The position numbers and the translations under genes were made by a program. From the NCBI GenBank assembly GCA_951406725.2, contig OX597822.1, positions 16,678,001 to 16,742,000 on the forward strand: a stretch of DNA of 64,000 bases. The letters are read 5' to 3'. The notes under the pieces were generated by a model. That model saw only the letters and a program-made list of their open reading frames with translations, had not been told where the DNA came from and did no database searches. Positions 12,470 through 26,408 of this stretch are shown one piece after another (position 1 is the first letter of the stretch; each line of letters begins with the position of its first letter). The DNA comes from Octopus vulgaris (taxonomy: Eukaryota).

Positions 12470-15400
12470 AAAAAAAGAAGATCCGATGTTTCTGATTTTT
12501 TTCTTATATGCTGATAGAAGGCCAAGAGTGAAAATGACAATCTAGTTTTATGATATTTAATAAGAAAACCCTAAAAAGGATTATCTCTTTTCGTTTGTCT
12601 CACATCTCACAATATGGCGTCACTGTAGACTGCAAATAGATTTGGTCCGTCTCAAGTAATCTAAACATTCACAACTCCCCCTCGTTTCAGATATTCTCAC
12701 AGTTGAGCTCAACACTGCACGTCAACAAAACGCACCTTGGGATGTTATTACTGCCGTTATTGTCACTGCTGCTGCAACTGTTTTTGTTGTTGTTGCTGCT
12801 GTTGTTACCATTGTTGTTGTTGTTGGTGGTGGTGGTGATGCTGATGGTGCGGCCGTTAATCAACTCAGTCCGAGTAGCGACCTATCTTCAAAGAAGTACA
12901 AATGTCTGCATTATCTAATATGTCCTTTGCTTATTCAAAGTAGTCGTGAGCATTTGAGGAAATTTGGACTACTTTTTCCAGCAGGTTAATTGAGTACGTT
13001 AGGACCCTCTCGATAGCTCCCTCAAATATTCAGTGCAAATACAGCTGACAGCAGCGAGTACTTATTGATTCTTACAGAATCTGTATTATAACTAATTGAA
13101 CAAAGATATTTGAGAGCTCAATGTTTTGGTTCACAGATACAACAGAACGCAGATGTTTTGATTCAAAGCACTCGTTCAATATCTCGTCCACTAATCTATC
13201 GAGTTGGGCTATCCACGATCTTGCCATATTTTTTTTTCTCTTTTATACTGTGGTACTAAGTGGAAATGTAAAGTAACCGACGTCATATTTCAATAGAACA
13301 CCAACTACTACTTAAACACTACTGTTTATATGTTCTTCAAACGAAATCTGAAAGCAAACAAATTTAGTAGTGTGAACATTAGCTTACCGAAAAAACACGA
13401 TTTTGTCAATTTATCTCTGAACATAATTTATTTCTGTTTGAACAATTTATCTCTGAATGTTGCTCAGTTCATCTTCTTAAATAATATAAAAGGAAAATAT
13501 ACATATCTCGACCTCTCTTTTTTTCCCATAGAAGTTAAAATTCTAAACTTTCAGTATAGTTATGAGATGAAACCACAGACCCGCAAAATTTACTTCATAT
13601 GTAATTGACCCGTAAATAATACTGTGCAAACTGCACACAAATACCAGCTGCTCAGTGTACCAAGAACTACTTGTTCGGTCGTATTAACAGAATGTTGATA
13701 ACAATACTACCGAATCCGATCATGAAATTACAAACCTGAGATAGAAAATCAGGTGTTAAATTAAGAAGTTGGGTATCAAAGGAAGTTCAAAGTCGGTAGA
13801 GCAATTGAGACAGAATTTGTGAATGACTGAATACAACGATCTCAAGAAACCTCATTAAATATGTTTACACGAAAGCAATTAACTCTCGATGGCCGTAATA
13901 TAAATATAGGAATATTTATTTGAAATCACAACTTGGTAATTAAATATTCAGCGACAGCAGAGAAGGAGTTCAACTTTTTTTTTCATTTCATCAGTTTTCA
14001 GTTAATTTTCTTTTTAAGTAGTTTTCTTTTTATGCTTTTATTCAGTTTTAGTTTTTTGCTGCATAAAAACTTCAATGCTTTAACACAACTATTAAAAAGC
14101 AATTCCCTGCTGAATCTGCTCAGTTACAACAAAGGACATAAAACCTACAAGTGCCTGTTTGCAGATAATCAACTGGCCTTATGTTTTCTATCATCATCTT
14201 TTGTTTGAGGTTACTCAACCACCAACCAGGCTTATGCGGTTTTTCTTTGTCTTGTGGTCGTTCTTGAATCTGTGCTTTTTTCTTTATGTTTTCCCCTTTT
14301 CCTCTTCCTTCGCCTTTTCATCCTTCTTTGCCTTGTGGCTTTCCTTTATTTTGGAGATTTTATTTGAATTCTATTTTTTCTTTGCCCAGACGTTTTATCT
14401 TCAGCCTATAACTCGAGCTTTATCTTGTATTCTTCCTTCTTTTGCCTTGTGCCCTTCTTTTTCCTGTTGGTCTTTCTTTGCCCTCTGGTATTCCTTTGAT
14501 TATTGTCCTATGTTTATGATTTTTCTTTTGCACTTTCGCATCGACGTCTTCGTATTTTATTTTTCTTATGCCTAGTTGTTTCCCTTCAACCTGTGATTTT
14601 AGTTTTGCCTTCTATTCTTCACTTACCTTCTGGTCTCACATTGCATGTGGTCATCCTATACCCACCTGTTTTATCACGACATTATATGCGTAGCTAATAA
14701 ACTCCGAAAACGTTGCAGATCTTTTTACTCTTTTATGCCAGCGAGCTTCATACTCCTCTAAATAAAACTATTATTTGAATACGCTTTTCTGTTTTATTTC
14801 ATTGACATTTCACCCAACCTAGAGAAGTTTATAACCACCAAATATTCCTTCTTAACAGTTTCACGTTTCTTCTCATGAAACATTTCTTTAGTAAATTTTA
14901 AATAAAATTTTATTTCTCTTACTACGATGTCATTCTGATAATATCGTTCAATGAAATTATTTATTCCAGTAACAGATATATCAGGAGAGTAATGAGTGAT
15001 ATTTGATTATATTTTTTTAAAGAAGAGAACACTACTACGATTATTCCATGCACTTGGCTGTAATCTAAAATCATCTTCGACAATTTTTCTATATGTTCGG
15101 TAAAATTGACGCTTACAAGATAAATGCATGCGTTTTGAAAGAAATCAACATTGAGAAGCAATAATTAACTAAATCTTATTTAGAGTCAAATTGAAATGAT
15201 GTTCGAAATCAATTACGCTCTTTTTAAATGAAACGTTATTAAATTTCATTGGCCTCTCTTTTCCTGATGCGTAAATATTTTGGTTTAAATTACATTAGCA
15301 TGGAGAGCTGAAAGAAAAATCGTTCAGGTATTCAACATAAGCTCGTTTCGTCAACAAGAGACAACACGAGAAGAGTAGCATTATGTATAGTTGGAATCTT

Positions 15401-15479
15401 TTCCAATAGTGAGAATCCATAGATTTATGTACATAACGCATATAATATATAATATATATAGGTGTATGTATATTTATGT

Positions 15480-15536
<57 letters not shown>

Positions 15537-15541
<5 letters not shown>

Positions 15542-15797
15542 TATTTATTTTATAGAAGGAGCTTCTACAGGACTAGAACTGTTTCATTCAAAAGAAATCA
15601 TCAGGAAGCTAGGTGACAAGAATAGTTTTGGCATTTATACATTTAGGCAGATTTAAAGTGGTGGTGGTGGGGGGACTTTTTGATATAGGCATGGCGCAAA
15701 CTGTCTTTCGTAGGGGAGTGGTCAAAAGAATCAGTGATAAAGTAGATAAAAGAATAAATAGAATAAAGTTTTAGGTAAAAAAGAAGACTATCACTTA
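15537..15797 (-). mobile_element. short (TA)n-flanked insert ending in a hammerhead (PLE terminal repeat or retrozyme-like)
   Basis: About 260 bp of complex sequence between two (TA)n tracts, with a hammerhead near its minus-strand 3' end. Confidence 0.65.
15560..15610 (-). ncRNA. type I hammerhead ribozyme motif
   Basis: AGCUUC-CUGAUGA-uUUC uuuu GAAu-GAAA-CAG uucuaguc CUG-UA-GAAGCU. Perfect 6-bp stem I, 4-bp stem III, GUA triplet, weak stem II. Confidence 0.8.
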
Positions 15798-15816
15798 TAT
15801 ATATACATATATATAT

Positions 15817-15847
<31 letters not shown>

Positions 15848-16124
15848 CATATACACACATACACACATACATATATATATATATGCACCCATATACATAC
15901 ATATACGTACACACCCATACACATACTCATACATACACACATACATATATCCATACATTCACATATATATATATATAAATATATACATATATATATATAC
16001 AAATACACACACACATACATGCCAACATGCAAGCACACGCACACATATATCTACACACATATATATAAAAAAGAATATACACCCCCATACACACACGCTC
16101 ATATATATATATACACACATATAT

Positions 16125-16169
<45 letters not shown>

Positions 16170-16841
16170 TACATACATATACATATGTATATACATGCAC
16201 CCATATACACACCCATTTCTTCCCTTATTTTATTTTATTTTTATTTTTATTTTTATTTTGACCTCGACCTACGAGGCCGGCATTGAAGTAAGACCCTCCC
16301 GAGGGAGCTAGCCGGCCTAAAAAAAACCTTTATTGCCCCTCTCCCTTCCTTTCTATCTTTCTTCCCACTGATACGAACACAAACACTCACACACGCACAC
16401 ACACACTCACACGCACACTCATACACATACACAAACGCACGTGTTCTATGTATACACATACATATACACACACAAGTACACATATTCATACATAAGTGTA
16501 CCGACTTTCACATAAACGTACACATAACTATGTCCACACAAAACCACATATATAAATGTACTTCAGTATACATAAACACACATGAACAACTGCCCGCATA
16601 TATAGACGCATATGCCTATATACAGACATTTGTGCATATAAACATACATACGCATCTATACGCATCCATACGCCTTTAAGTACATATTAGCACACATGCA
16701 CGCATACACGTGTACATAAAAGCATACCTACATATACGTACCTACACACATACGTATACATACATGCACGTATATACACATACGTACACGTACCTACAAA
16801 TTCATATCTACACGCATACACATACTTACATCTATACACAC

Positions 16842-17119
16842 ACAGGATATTCTCCCAGCGGAGACAAATAGGGAAAATGTGAAGGGTACAGATTAAGGAG
16901 ATGATGTCATAGGGGACTGGAGAAAAGGAATAAAGGAAAGAAGACAAGGAAAAGAAGACCATAAATGTTCGCTATCGGTAATTTGAACTGTGAATTTTTA
17001 TGCTCCTTTTTCCTTGTCTTCTTTCCTTTATTCCTTTTCTCCAGTCCCCTATGACATCATCTCCTTAATCTGTACCCTTCACATTTTCCCTATTTGTCTC
17101 CGCTGGGAGAATATCCTGT
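16842..17119. repeat. 112-bp inverted repeat with 54-bp spacer
   Basis: 16842-16953 is the reverse complement of 17008-17119. The opposite-strand ORFs 16687..16962 and 16990..17187 share the same 36-aa peptide. Confidence 0.95.
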
Positions 17120-17377
17120 ATTTTGTGATATCCCAGAAACAGCTGGAAGACTTTAATATTTTTCCAATAATAATAACGTATAAATGACTTGAGGTGTTTG
17201 TCGTCCCTTAACGTTTGTTGTCCTCCTTAACAATTATATATCTACTTTATCGGAAATCCGCAATGGTTCCATAACTCCCGTCTTGGCTATAACCATGGAG
17301 ACCTGGTAATCCGTTACCTAGTCGTTTAGATCACCTGTAAACTAAACCCCCATATTTTGTACGCATATATATATAGA

Positions 17378-17461
<84 letters not shown>

Positions 17462-17556
17462 ACATATATAATATATAGATAGATATATGTATATATAAAG
17501 ATACACACACACATGCACACGCACACACACACACACACACATACACACACACACAT

Positions 17557-17601
<45 letters not shown>

Positions 17602-18239
17602 CGTGTGTGTGTGTGTGTATCCAATGATGTGAAAGCTAAATCAAAATTTGTCATATAGTTGTAGAGCTCTGCTATTGTGTATCTTACGCAACAGTAGACG
17701 GATCAATATTTATATTGAAAATTAGAAATAGGAGATGAAAAGAAAAGCCTCCTGTTGGAAAATGTAAATTTACCTCCAATACTTTTCTCGTCATATTGTA
17801 TTCACAAAGATTTACAAACTATTAGTAATTCCTGATATTAATGACACCTCTCAGACTTCTCGTCTTTCGTTAACATGTTTGACTCGATGTTATGAGCTTG
17901 TTCGTCTTACATTTTTTTTGTTTCTTTGGTTTTTCTTTACATCTTTTATATAAATCAAAGATAGCTATTGTTGTGCATATTTGTGCTAAATAGATTTTCT
18001 TTTCGAGTTTTTTTCTAGTTTTTGTTGCTTTTAAGTTCAAGATTGATTAGCTGGGATTCCAATTAGCCAATTCTAAAAAGTTTAAAATATTTCACTGGTG
18101 TTATTTATGTAATTTTCGCTGAAGCAGAGTTAATCTTCTAAATTACTTCGATGTTGTGTTGTTTCTGCAAACTTTTGTAGCTGTCATTAAAAGTAAACGA
18201 CAAGAATTTCTTGGAGTGACATCATGAATGAAGGAGTTA

Positions 18240-18420
18240 TGTAAAGGCCCAGACATGACTAACCTACGATGTACCAACGCTATGAAATGGCGGAAGTTGG
18301 TCGGTCACATGCTGTGCATTGCCCGTGAATAAATCAGTAATTCTATATCTCTGGAGTGAAAATCAAGGGTGGACCTCTCGAGACGTGGCCGAGGACTGTG
18401 AAAGAGGAACTGGCCGATAT
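18240..18420 (+). mobile_element. RTE-clade LINE 3' coding fragment
   Basis: WRKLVGHMLC..GVKIKGGPLETWPRTVKEEL resembles the RTE C-terminal motif RW.GH.LR..gkR.rGRP..TW.rtv..el. Confidence 0.6.
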
Positions 18421-18629
18421 ATTCCTCGCCTGAGAGTAGGTGTTCGACAGGCCTGCAACTGTACAGGACAACGATGTCTCGTCATCTGAAACTCTGTGTA
18501 AAGTACTAGAGACTATAACCAATATTTTCGTAATGTCTTTGAGAAAATGATGCACGCATTGCATTCACAGTTTCACACATTTACCAAACTGATATTCATG
18601 CAAATATATTTCTTCGTAAGTTTTTTATA

Positions 18630-18822
18630 TTGATTTCAAATTTTGGCACAGGATCAGTAATTTCATTGAAGCCGTTAAGTTGATTACATTGACTTCATTG
18701 TTCAACTGGTATTTATTTTATTGACCGCGAAAAGATGAAAGTTGAAGTCGACCTCGGTGAAATTTGAACTCAGGCCGTAAAGACAGAAGAAATGCTATCG
18801 ATTCTGACAGCTCGCCGCCTTA
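18630..18822 (-). mobile_element. SINE family A
   Basis: aactggta..gatgaaag..gtcgacctcgg..atttgaactcag..cagctcgccgcc. Confidence 0.8.
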
Positions 18823-19549
18823 TGGTAAACTTTTAATATTTCTGGCATGAATATTAGAAATCGTTATCGGTAAAGTCTATTATTTAGCTTTCTGATACAA
18901 ACACACAACTGAAATTTTGATTTAATGATGCTGTAAGAATATACTGCTTTTATCGTTTGTTAAAATTCATGAATGAATGAAAATTGGATTTTTACCTTAT
19001 TGTTGCTAAAATAAATATGAAAATTTGAAATGAACTATTAATAATGGAAATTGATTCATTAGGAATGTGTCTTGTTATAATGTCCGACTCTAATGCTATT
19101 GAAAACATTATGTTGTCTTTGACAACCAAAGAAAATACCTGACAATCTGTGATTTGTAAATATAGCTGGGATCAGAAAATAAATGACAATTAGCTCCTTA
19201 ATCAGATACCTGTGAATAAATTGATGAATATATGTCTTGTAATGCCATTATTACTGAACACCATTTGTCAAAGAGGAATTTATAGCACGGTAAGATGTCT
19301 AATGCTAAGATGTAATGGCGAATGAGCTAGAATTCTCGACTGGGAATGATTTTATCGAATTAGGTAAACTTGAGGACAAGATAAGAATATGTGTGTGTGT
19401 GTGTGTGCACGTACATGTGTGTGTGTTGCCATGCCTGTGTTTACGTGTACTTGTGTGTGTGTCTCTGTCTGTCTGTGTATGCGTGTGCTTTGTGCTTGTA
19501 TGTGTGTGTGTGCATGTGCGTGTATAAGTGAGAGTTAGAATGCTTGTAT

Positions 19550-19586
<37 letters not shown>

Positions 19587-20988
19587 GGCCGAGGGAAACT
19601 TTATTATTCCCAATCGATTGCTTTACAATTTCTCCTCCGAAATAATGATAATCGATAGTTAAGGTGTAAATCAAATGCCTACAGCGTTAATGCACCTATT
19701 GACCTCCATTTATCACGATAATATCAAGATGAAGAACAAGAAAGCAGTTGTCAAAACTTGAACCTGCGCTTCCTTCGCACATGATATATTTTGACATGTT
19801 CGAAACCATTCGATGCATAATTTTATTCTTTAGCTAGCGTCGTCGTCGTCGTTATTTCTGCCTGTGTTAATTATATTTCCGTAGTTTTCGAAACGGGTTT
19901 ATGAAAATATTTTTCCCATTGAATTTCATGCTATTATTATCGTTGTTGACATTCTGTTCATATGAACGTTTGGTAATGGAAAATTATTTTGTGCTCATCA
20001 TTCACACACAAAACAGAGTCATATTCGATCAGTTTGTAAATATTCATTTAGAGAGATTTATTGGTAAATTATTAACAAATCAGACTGAAATAACAATGAA
20101 TTGTTGAGAATATCAGAGTTCTGTTGTGATGCTATCTGCACAATAGATGCATTTCAATGTTGTATTAATGATATATTCATCGTATTGGTCAAGAATCTTA
20201 TTCACTGTTTGATAGGTTACGAGGTCCCCGTTTTAATAGAGCATTGAATAACATACTTAAGTTTCATTACCAATCTAGAATATATTGTTTGCACATTGAA
20301 CACATACCGTTTTCCAAGAACTACAGAAATAATTATTATTTACTCGGGTGTGAGAACGTGAAAACGGTATGAATTGTTAAGAGTGCGGGACAGGACCCAT
20401 ACGCAACAAGTTCAACATCTTCATACCGATTTTATTGCACTTTAGGAATAATAATTTCCTAATACATCATAAAACCCTTTTGCAAAACCAAATGAAGGAC
20501 ATATCTTGAAGATAGAAATACGCGGTGGAAACGATATAAGAAGAAATATATTGGACCAGATAACTCATTAAGTTTTTAATATATTTACTTTGCCTATCTC
20601 CGTTTAACTGGCTCCATTTAACACACCATACTTCGAAATTAAATACAAATATGAGAAAGAGGAACAAGAAATATTCGTTAAGGATATTCGAGAGAATATT
20701 ATAGCGATTGCCACACCAATAATGATTTTAGTATTCAAACAAAATCATTTATTCTTGGAAGGCCTCTTCTCAAACGCTCGATGTAGCAGACTCGTTAGCA
20801 AACACATTAACTATTTATGACGTCATTAAAATAAGATTTACAGCCGGACAGTCTATCGCCTGAAAGTCGAGTGTATGTATTTGTGTCTATATGTGTGCCA
20901 ATGTAAACATAAATACATACGCACGAACGTGTGTATATATATGCGTATATATATGTATGTATGTATATGTATATATATATGTGTGTAC

Positions 20989-21026
<38 letters not shown>

Positions 21027-21060
21027 AAACATATGTGTGCTTGTGTGTTTTTATATGTAG

Positions 21061-21091
<31 letters not shown>

Positions 21092-21495
21092 GATAGATGT
21101 GTGCATATATACTGCGTGGGTATGGATTTATGTATATAGGAATGTCTCTAGTGAGTGATGCAAATTTTATAACCAAAATTGTCGATCGCTTTAGTGTAGA
21201 GAATACTTCTTTCAAAAAGTTTCTGTTTGAAATTTACAAAATTTTGAATTTGTTTACAAACCCCCCATGTTTTGCTTTCTGTCTGGCACAAACGGATATA
21301 ACTCGAGCAAACATCTTTGGTGTCTTGCTGATGACGGAAGCACCAGTCTCTTTTGTTACTCGCATTTATCCTATGGAAACATATTTACGGCCACCTTTAA
21401 AATTATATGTATATTATTTTAATATATATATGCTTCGATTTTTTTTATTTTGTGCTTTATTTAATGGCTCACATTAGATAGGTGTATTTGCGTAC

Positions 21496-21549
<54 letters not shown>

Positions 21550-21698
21550 ACAATGCATCAATAATGGTTATAGCATACTTTTGATTGTAGTCAATTTGAC
21601 TTAAAGCTGTTTTCCAGGAGTCAGGTTTGTTATAGATAGGTTTACTCGATCGGCCCATTGATCGGTTGAGAGAAATCGAACGATCTAGAATGTATATT

Positions 21699-21737
<39 letters not shown>

Positions 21738-21746
21738 ACATATATT

Positions 21747-21808
<62 letters not shown>

Positions 21809-22012
21809 GCAGGATTTTACAAATTTTCGACAAAACGAGAAATAGTTCTTTCTGGAGCACTGGATCTCAAAGAAGATATAAAGCTATAAATAAAAGCATT
21901 TAAAAAAGCAGAGACAAGTGAGTGGACAAACGAAAGAACGGCACACAACACATTTATTGGGAGTGTCATGTATAGGTCAAACAGTATACGTGTGTATGTA
22001 TGTACGTATGCA

Positions 22013-22045
<33 letters not shown>

Positions 22046-22139
22046 CTGTATCTGTGTGTGTGTGTGCGCGTGTGTGTGTATTTATGCATGTGTATTGAAA
22101 ACTTGCTATCTCGAATGTTAACACAAGTACTGTGAACCT

Positions 22140-22275
22140 TATTCAGAATTCCCAGAATTGGTGAACCTGGAATTATAGTAAAAAAATCACTTGTTCAAGG
22201 TGCCATGCGCTGAGACTGAACCCAAAACCAGGTGTTTGCAAAATGGACTTCTTCACCACACGCCCATACCTGCGC
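22140..22275 (-). mobile_element. SINE family B head, decayed
   Basis: acttgttcaaggtgccatgcgctgagactgaaccc..cttcaccacacgccca. Confidence 0.65.
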
Positions 22276-22596
22276 ATAAGCACTTTATAATTAAGAGTTT
22301 CTCCTTTAGATTTACCCTTTAGCTTGAACTGCCGAGTTCAAGAATCTTTTAGAAATCTCCATATGTGATAGAAGCTCTCAGAGAAATCGATTGGATTCCT
22401 TCCATTTTCAATCAGTCAAGCGACTTAAATAAGCATGAAAAACACCCAAGTATTTTTATTTTATTTTATTCCCAGTCAACTGATAACATTCACATGTGAC
22501 ATTTCATTGTAAATATCTACCTTAGCATATAGTTATATATAACATCGTTCCTCCTCCACTCCCTCCCACAGTTTGCCTTCTCTTTCCCCTCTCTCC

Positions 22597-22630
<34 letters not shown>

Positions 22631-23491
22631 TTCACTATCCTATTTCTTCTGTCGAACTCATTGTTGCTCCATTAAACAGAATACGATGAATCTGAGATAC
22701 TTTCCTTTATATTTCACCGATCCATTCTTTCTCGTTATTATATTAACTACACAGAATTCTTCCGTGCAACTTTATTCTCGTATTTACATGTGTCTTGCTT
22801 CTTTTTAAGTGCGTCAATCAATTGCATAAGTATATTGCATTTCTCTGTAATGCACAGTAAACAATAATCATTGACAGTAAGATAATGGAAGAGGTCAGTT
22901 TCGAGAGTGGATATTTTTATTTTTATTCATTCACTTTCCAGATATATTGGAAGAGATATTTTGCTGTGTTCTCTTAAAGATTGTTTAACTTTCCGTAAAT
23001 CTACCATCTGTTGATTCTATGAAATATTTTTCGGTTAAATCTTTCTATAAGATTCGGCATTTTTCATTTAGTGACTGGAATGGTACATTGTCAGTTTGTA
23101 TTTGCTTACCATGTGTACCGTTCTTTCTCCTTATTTTATGCATTATGCCTCAAATATTCTCAGTGCAGTCGAAGCTGACTGTAGTACCGTTCTCATTAAA
23201 AAGCTTCTGGTATTTGTGGCTATGTGGTAAATGCTGTCTGATTTCAGTCAAGAAATTAGATACTATGTTGGGGAGTTACGCTTTGTCTAAAAACAGGTTA
23301 AGCCATAAAGGATTTATTTATGTACGTTTGTAAATATTGCAAAAGTTTGTGTCCATAGCTACTTGTGACTTAATTATTCGGATTAGCCTTCCAGACAATA
23401 CAGTTCTAAGAGATGAGGAATTATGTACATTATTTAAATTATTCACATTATTTACATTTGACGGATATTTGTCCTCATCTTGTTTGTTGTT

Positions 23492-23537
23492 AGCACAACG
23501 TTTCGGCTGATATACTCTCCAGCCTTCATCAGGTGTC
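23492..23537 (-). ncRNA. minimal type I hammerhead ribozyme (copy 1)
   Basis: GACAC-CUGAUGA-a-GGCUG gagaguauau CAGCC-GAAAC-GUU-GUGcU. Core intact; a palindromic ACGU replaces stem III. Confidence 0.85.
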
Positions 23538-23594
23538 TTGGGGAAATTTCGAACCTGGGTTCTCATTCCTAAGGTATTTTTCGATGTTGTCATT

Positions 23595-23631
<37 letters not shown>

Positions 23632-23734
23632 CCATCATTATTATTCCAGTTCTATACTTAAGAGATAAGGAATTATGTACAGTATTTACATTATTTAGAA
23701 TTGACGGATATTTGTCCTCATCTTGTTTGTTGTT

Positions 23735-23780
23735 AACACAACGATTCAGCTAATATAACCTCCAGCCGTCATCAGGTGTC
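23735..23780 (-). ncRNA. minimal hammerhead (copy 2, GAAA changed to GAAU)
   Basis: GACAC-CUGAUGA-c-GGCUG..UAGCU-GAAuC-GUU-GUGUU. Confidence 0.7.
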
Positions 23781-23830
23781 TTGGGAAAATTTCGAACCTG
23801 AGTTCTCATTCCTAAGGTATTTTTCGATGC

Positions 23831-23900
<70 letters not shown>

Positions 23901-23903
<3 letters not shown>

Positions 23904-26396
23904 TAGTTTTATTTTTATAGCGTGCTTTCACTTCACTACCGAGCGCAGCCCTGTGTGCCTTGGGTATGTGTTGTGATTTGTTGTGATGTTATGATGGTTA
24001 TTGTATGGAAAGTGTTCTGCGTAGGATGTGTGCAGTGCCTAGTAGTGCAATTTTCTGTATGTTATATGTGTTTGTAAGTCCTGGTGTTTTTGTTATGTAT
24101 TTGTCTGAATATTTTTTTATCATGCCTAATGCACCTACTATGATAGGAATTGTTTCTGTTTTCAGATTCCACATTCTGGTTACCTCTATTTCCAGGTCTT
24201 TGTATTTTGAGAGTTTCTCCATTTCTTTTAGAGACACGTTGTCATCTGCCGGTATTGATACATCAATTAGAAAGCATTTTTTTGTCTTCATGATCTCTGA
24301 CAACTATATCTGGCCTGTTGGCCTTAATTTTTCTATCTGTGTGTATCGGCATATCCCAGAGTATGGTTGCTTTCTCGTTTTCTGTGACCTTTTCTGGTGT
24401 GTGCCTATACCATTTTTTTCTGTTGTTATTCCATAATGTTGGCATAGCTTCCAATGTATGTAGGTTCTAACTCTGTCATGTCTGTGAATATATTCCTTCT
24501 TAGCCAGGACTGGGCAGCTAGAGATAATATGATTTATTGTTTCTTGTCCATCTCCACATATTCTGCAGTTACTTGTTATATTTCTTTTCATTACATGTTT
24601 TTGGTAATTTCTGGTGGGGAGGCTTTGGTCTTGTGCTGCAATTAAAAATCCCTCTGTTTCTGCTTTGAGTCCTGAGCTTCTCAACCATTGCTGGGATTTT
24701 TCTTTGTCTATTTCTTTTGCGTTTAGTTTAGTCCAGTATTTACCATGAAGGGGCTTTTCTTGCCATCGTTTTATCATGGTTCGTTGCTGTTCTATTTTTA
24801 GTTTGGATTTCATTTGTTTTGTAGCTTTTGTTGTTTCTTCATCTTCTTCTTCTTCTTCTTCTTCTTCTTCATATTTATTAGGTGGTATGATTTCTTGTTT
24901 GTATTTGTCAGCTTCCTTAAATACTGAGAACAGTTTTTTGTTTTGCTCGTGTTTTGCCGCTATTTGTATCAGTTTTCCTTCCTTCTGAAGTAGATATTTT
25001 TGCAGTCCTATGGTGGTTATTTTATAGTAGTTTTCCAGTTGTATAAGGCCTCTAGCACCTTCTATACGTTGTATATATAGTCCTTCTATGTCAGATTTTG
25101 GGTGATGCATCCTAGATCCTGTCATTATTTTTCTTGTTTTCCTATCTATTTTGGTCAGTTCATTTCGTGTCCAGTTAAGAATATTGTAGCTGTAACTTAT
25201 AACTGGGACAGCTAAAGTGTTAATACCTATTATCTTGTTTTTAGCATTGAGCTCTGTTTTTAGTATTGATCTAACTCGTCTATAATATTCTTTTTTTATT
25301 TTCTCTTTCATTTGTGTCTGTTGTGTCTTATCTAGTTCATGGATTCCTAAGTATTTGTAAGTTTGGCTTTGGTCTAATTCTTTTATTTCATTGGTTTTAT
25401 CTAGTGTGATGTTGCTACTCTTAACTAGTTTTCCTCTTTTCATGGTTACTTTGGCGCATTTTTCTAATCCAAATTTCATATCTATTTCTTTGGTAAATCC
25501 ATGAACTGTATTTAATAGTGTTTCCAGCTGTTTGTCATTTGCAGCGTATAGTTTTAGGTCATCCATATATAAAAGGTGGCTGATCGTTTTGCCGTAACAT
25601 TTATATCCGCATCCAGTTCTATTTAGTATATCAGATAGAGGTGACAGTGCCAAGCAGAAAAGGAGTGGAGAGAGCGTGTCTCCCTGGAATATTCCTCTTC
25701 TAATGGGGATGTCTTTGGTTTTCATGAGTCCCTCTTTTGTTTGGAGGTGTAGGACTGTTTGCCATTTATTCATAGAGTGCTCTATGTTTTTTATGATTGT
25801 TGGTGCTACTTTGTTAATGGCTAGTGTTTCGAGGATCCATGTGTGGGGGATGCTATCAAACGCCTTTTTGTAGTCAATCCAGGCCATACTGAGGCCTTTC
25901 TTCTTTCTGTGGCTGTCTTCAGTTATGGCTTTATTAATCATTAGTTGATCTTTACAGCCATATGAGCCTTTGCGGCATCCTTTCTGCTCTCCTGGGAACA
26001 GTTTGTTTTCGTCCAGGTGCTTGTTCAACCTTTGCGATATCACTGCAGTAAATGCCTTGAACATTGTAGGGAGGCAGGTTATTGGTCTGTAGTTTTCTGG
26101 TTTTGTTGTCTCATTTGATTTGGGAATTAAGATGGTTTTCCCCTTCGTGAGCCATTCAGGCATTGTCTCTGGCTCTGCTAGTATGTTATTAAAGTTTTCA
26201 GCCAGCTTTTTGTGCATTCCTGTTAGATATTTCAACCAGAAGTTGGGGATCTTGTCATGCCCAGTTGCCTTCCAGTTGCTTAGTCTTTGCAGTGCCTGGG
26301 TGACCTCTTCAGTTGTTATGGGGGTCCAAAGTTGTTCAGATGCCGAGTTTGTTATTTTGATGCTCCTTTTTTTTTTGGTTGTTCGTTCGTCGACCA
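23901..26396 (-). mobile_element. 5'-truncated R4/Dong-clade non-LTR retrotransposon in a (TAA)n tract
   Basis: RT plus restriction-like endonuclease (RLE) coding region; ~97-bp 3' UTR (23901-23997) running into (TAA)n. (TAA)n tracts lie at 23831-23900 and 26397-26506. Confidence 0.92.
23998..26390 (-). pseudogene. reverse transcriptase + CCHC knuckle + restriction-like endonuclease, two frameshifts
   Basis: NYRPITCL, WIDYKKAFDS, RGIFQGDTLSPLLF, HLLYMDDLKL, YKYLG, CRIC..ETINHIISSC, RHD; then NRPDIVV (second frame), and LIDVSIP, KLSKY (third frame). Frameshifts in A-runs near 24415 and 24280. The poly-Ile N-terminus in the ORF track is the microsatellite. Confidence 0.93.
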
Positions 26397-26408
26397 ATAT
26401 TATTATTA

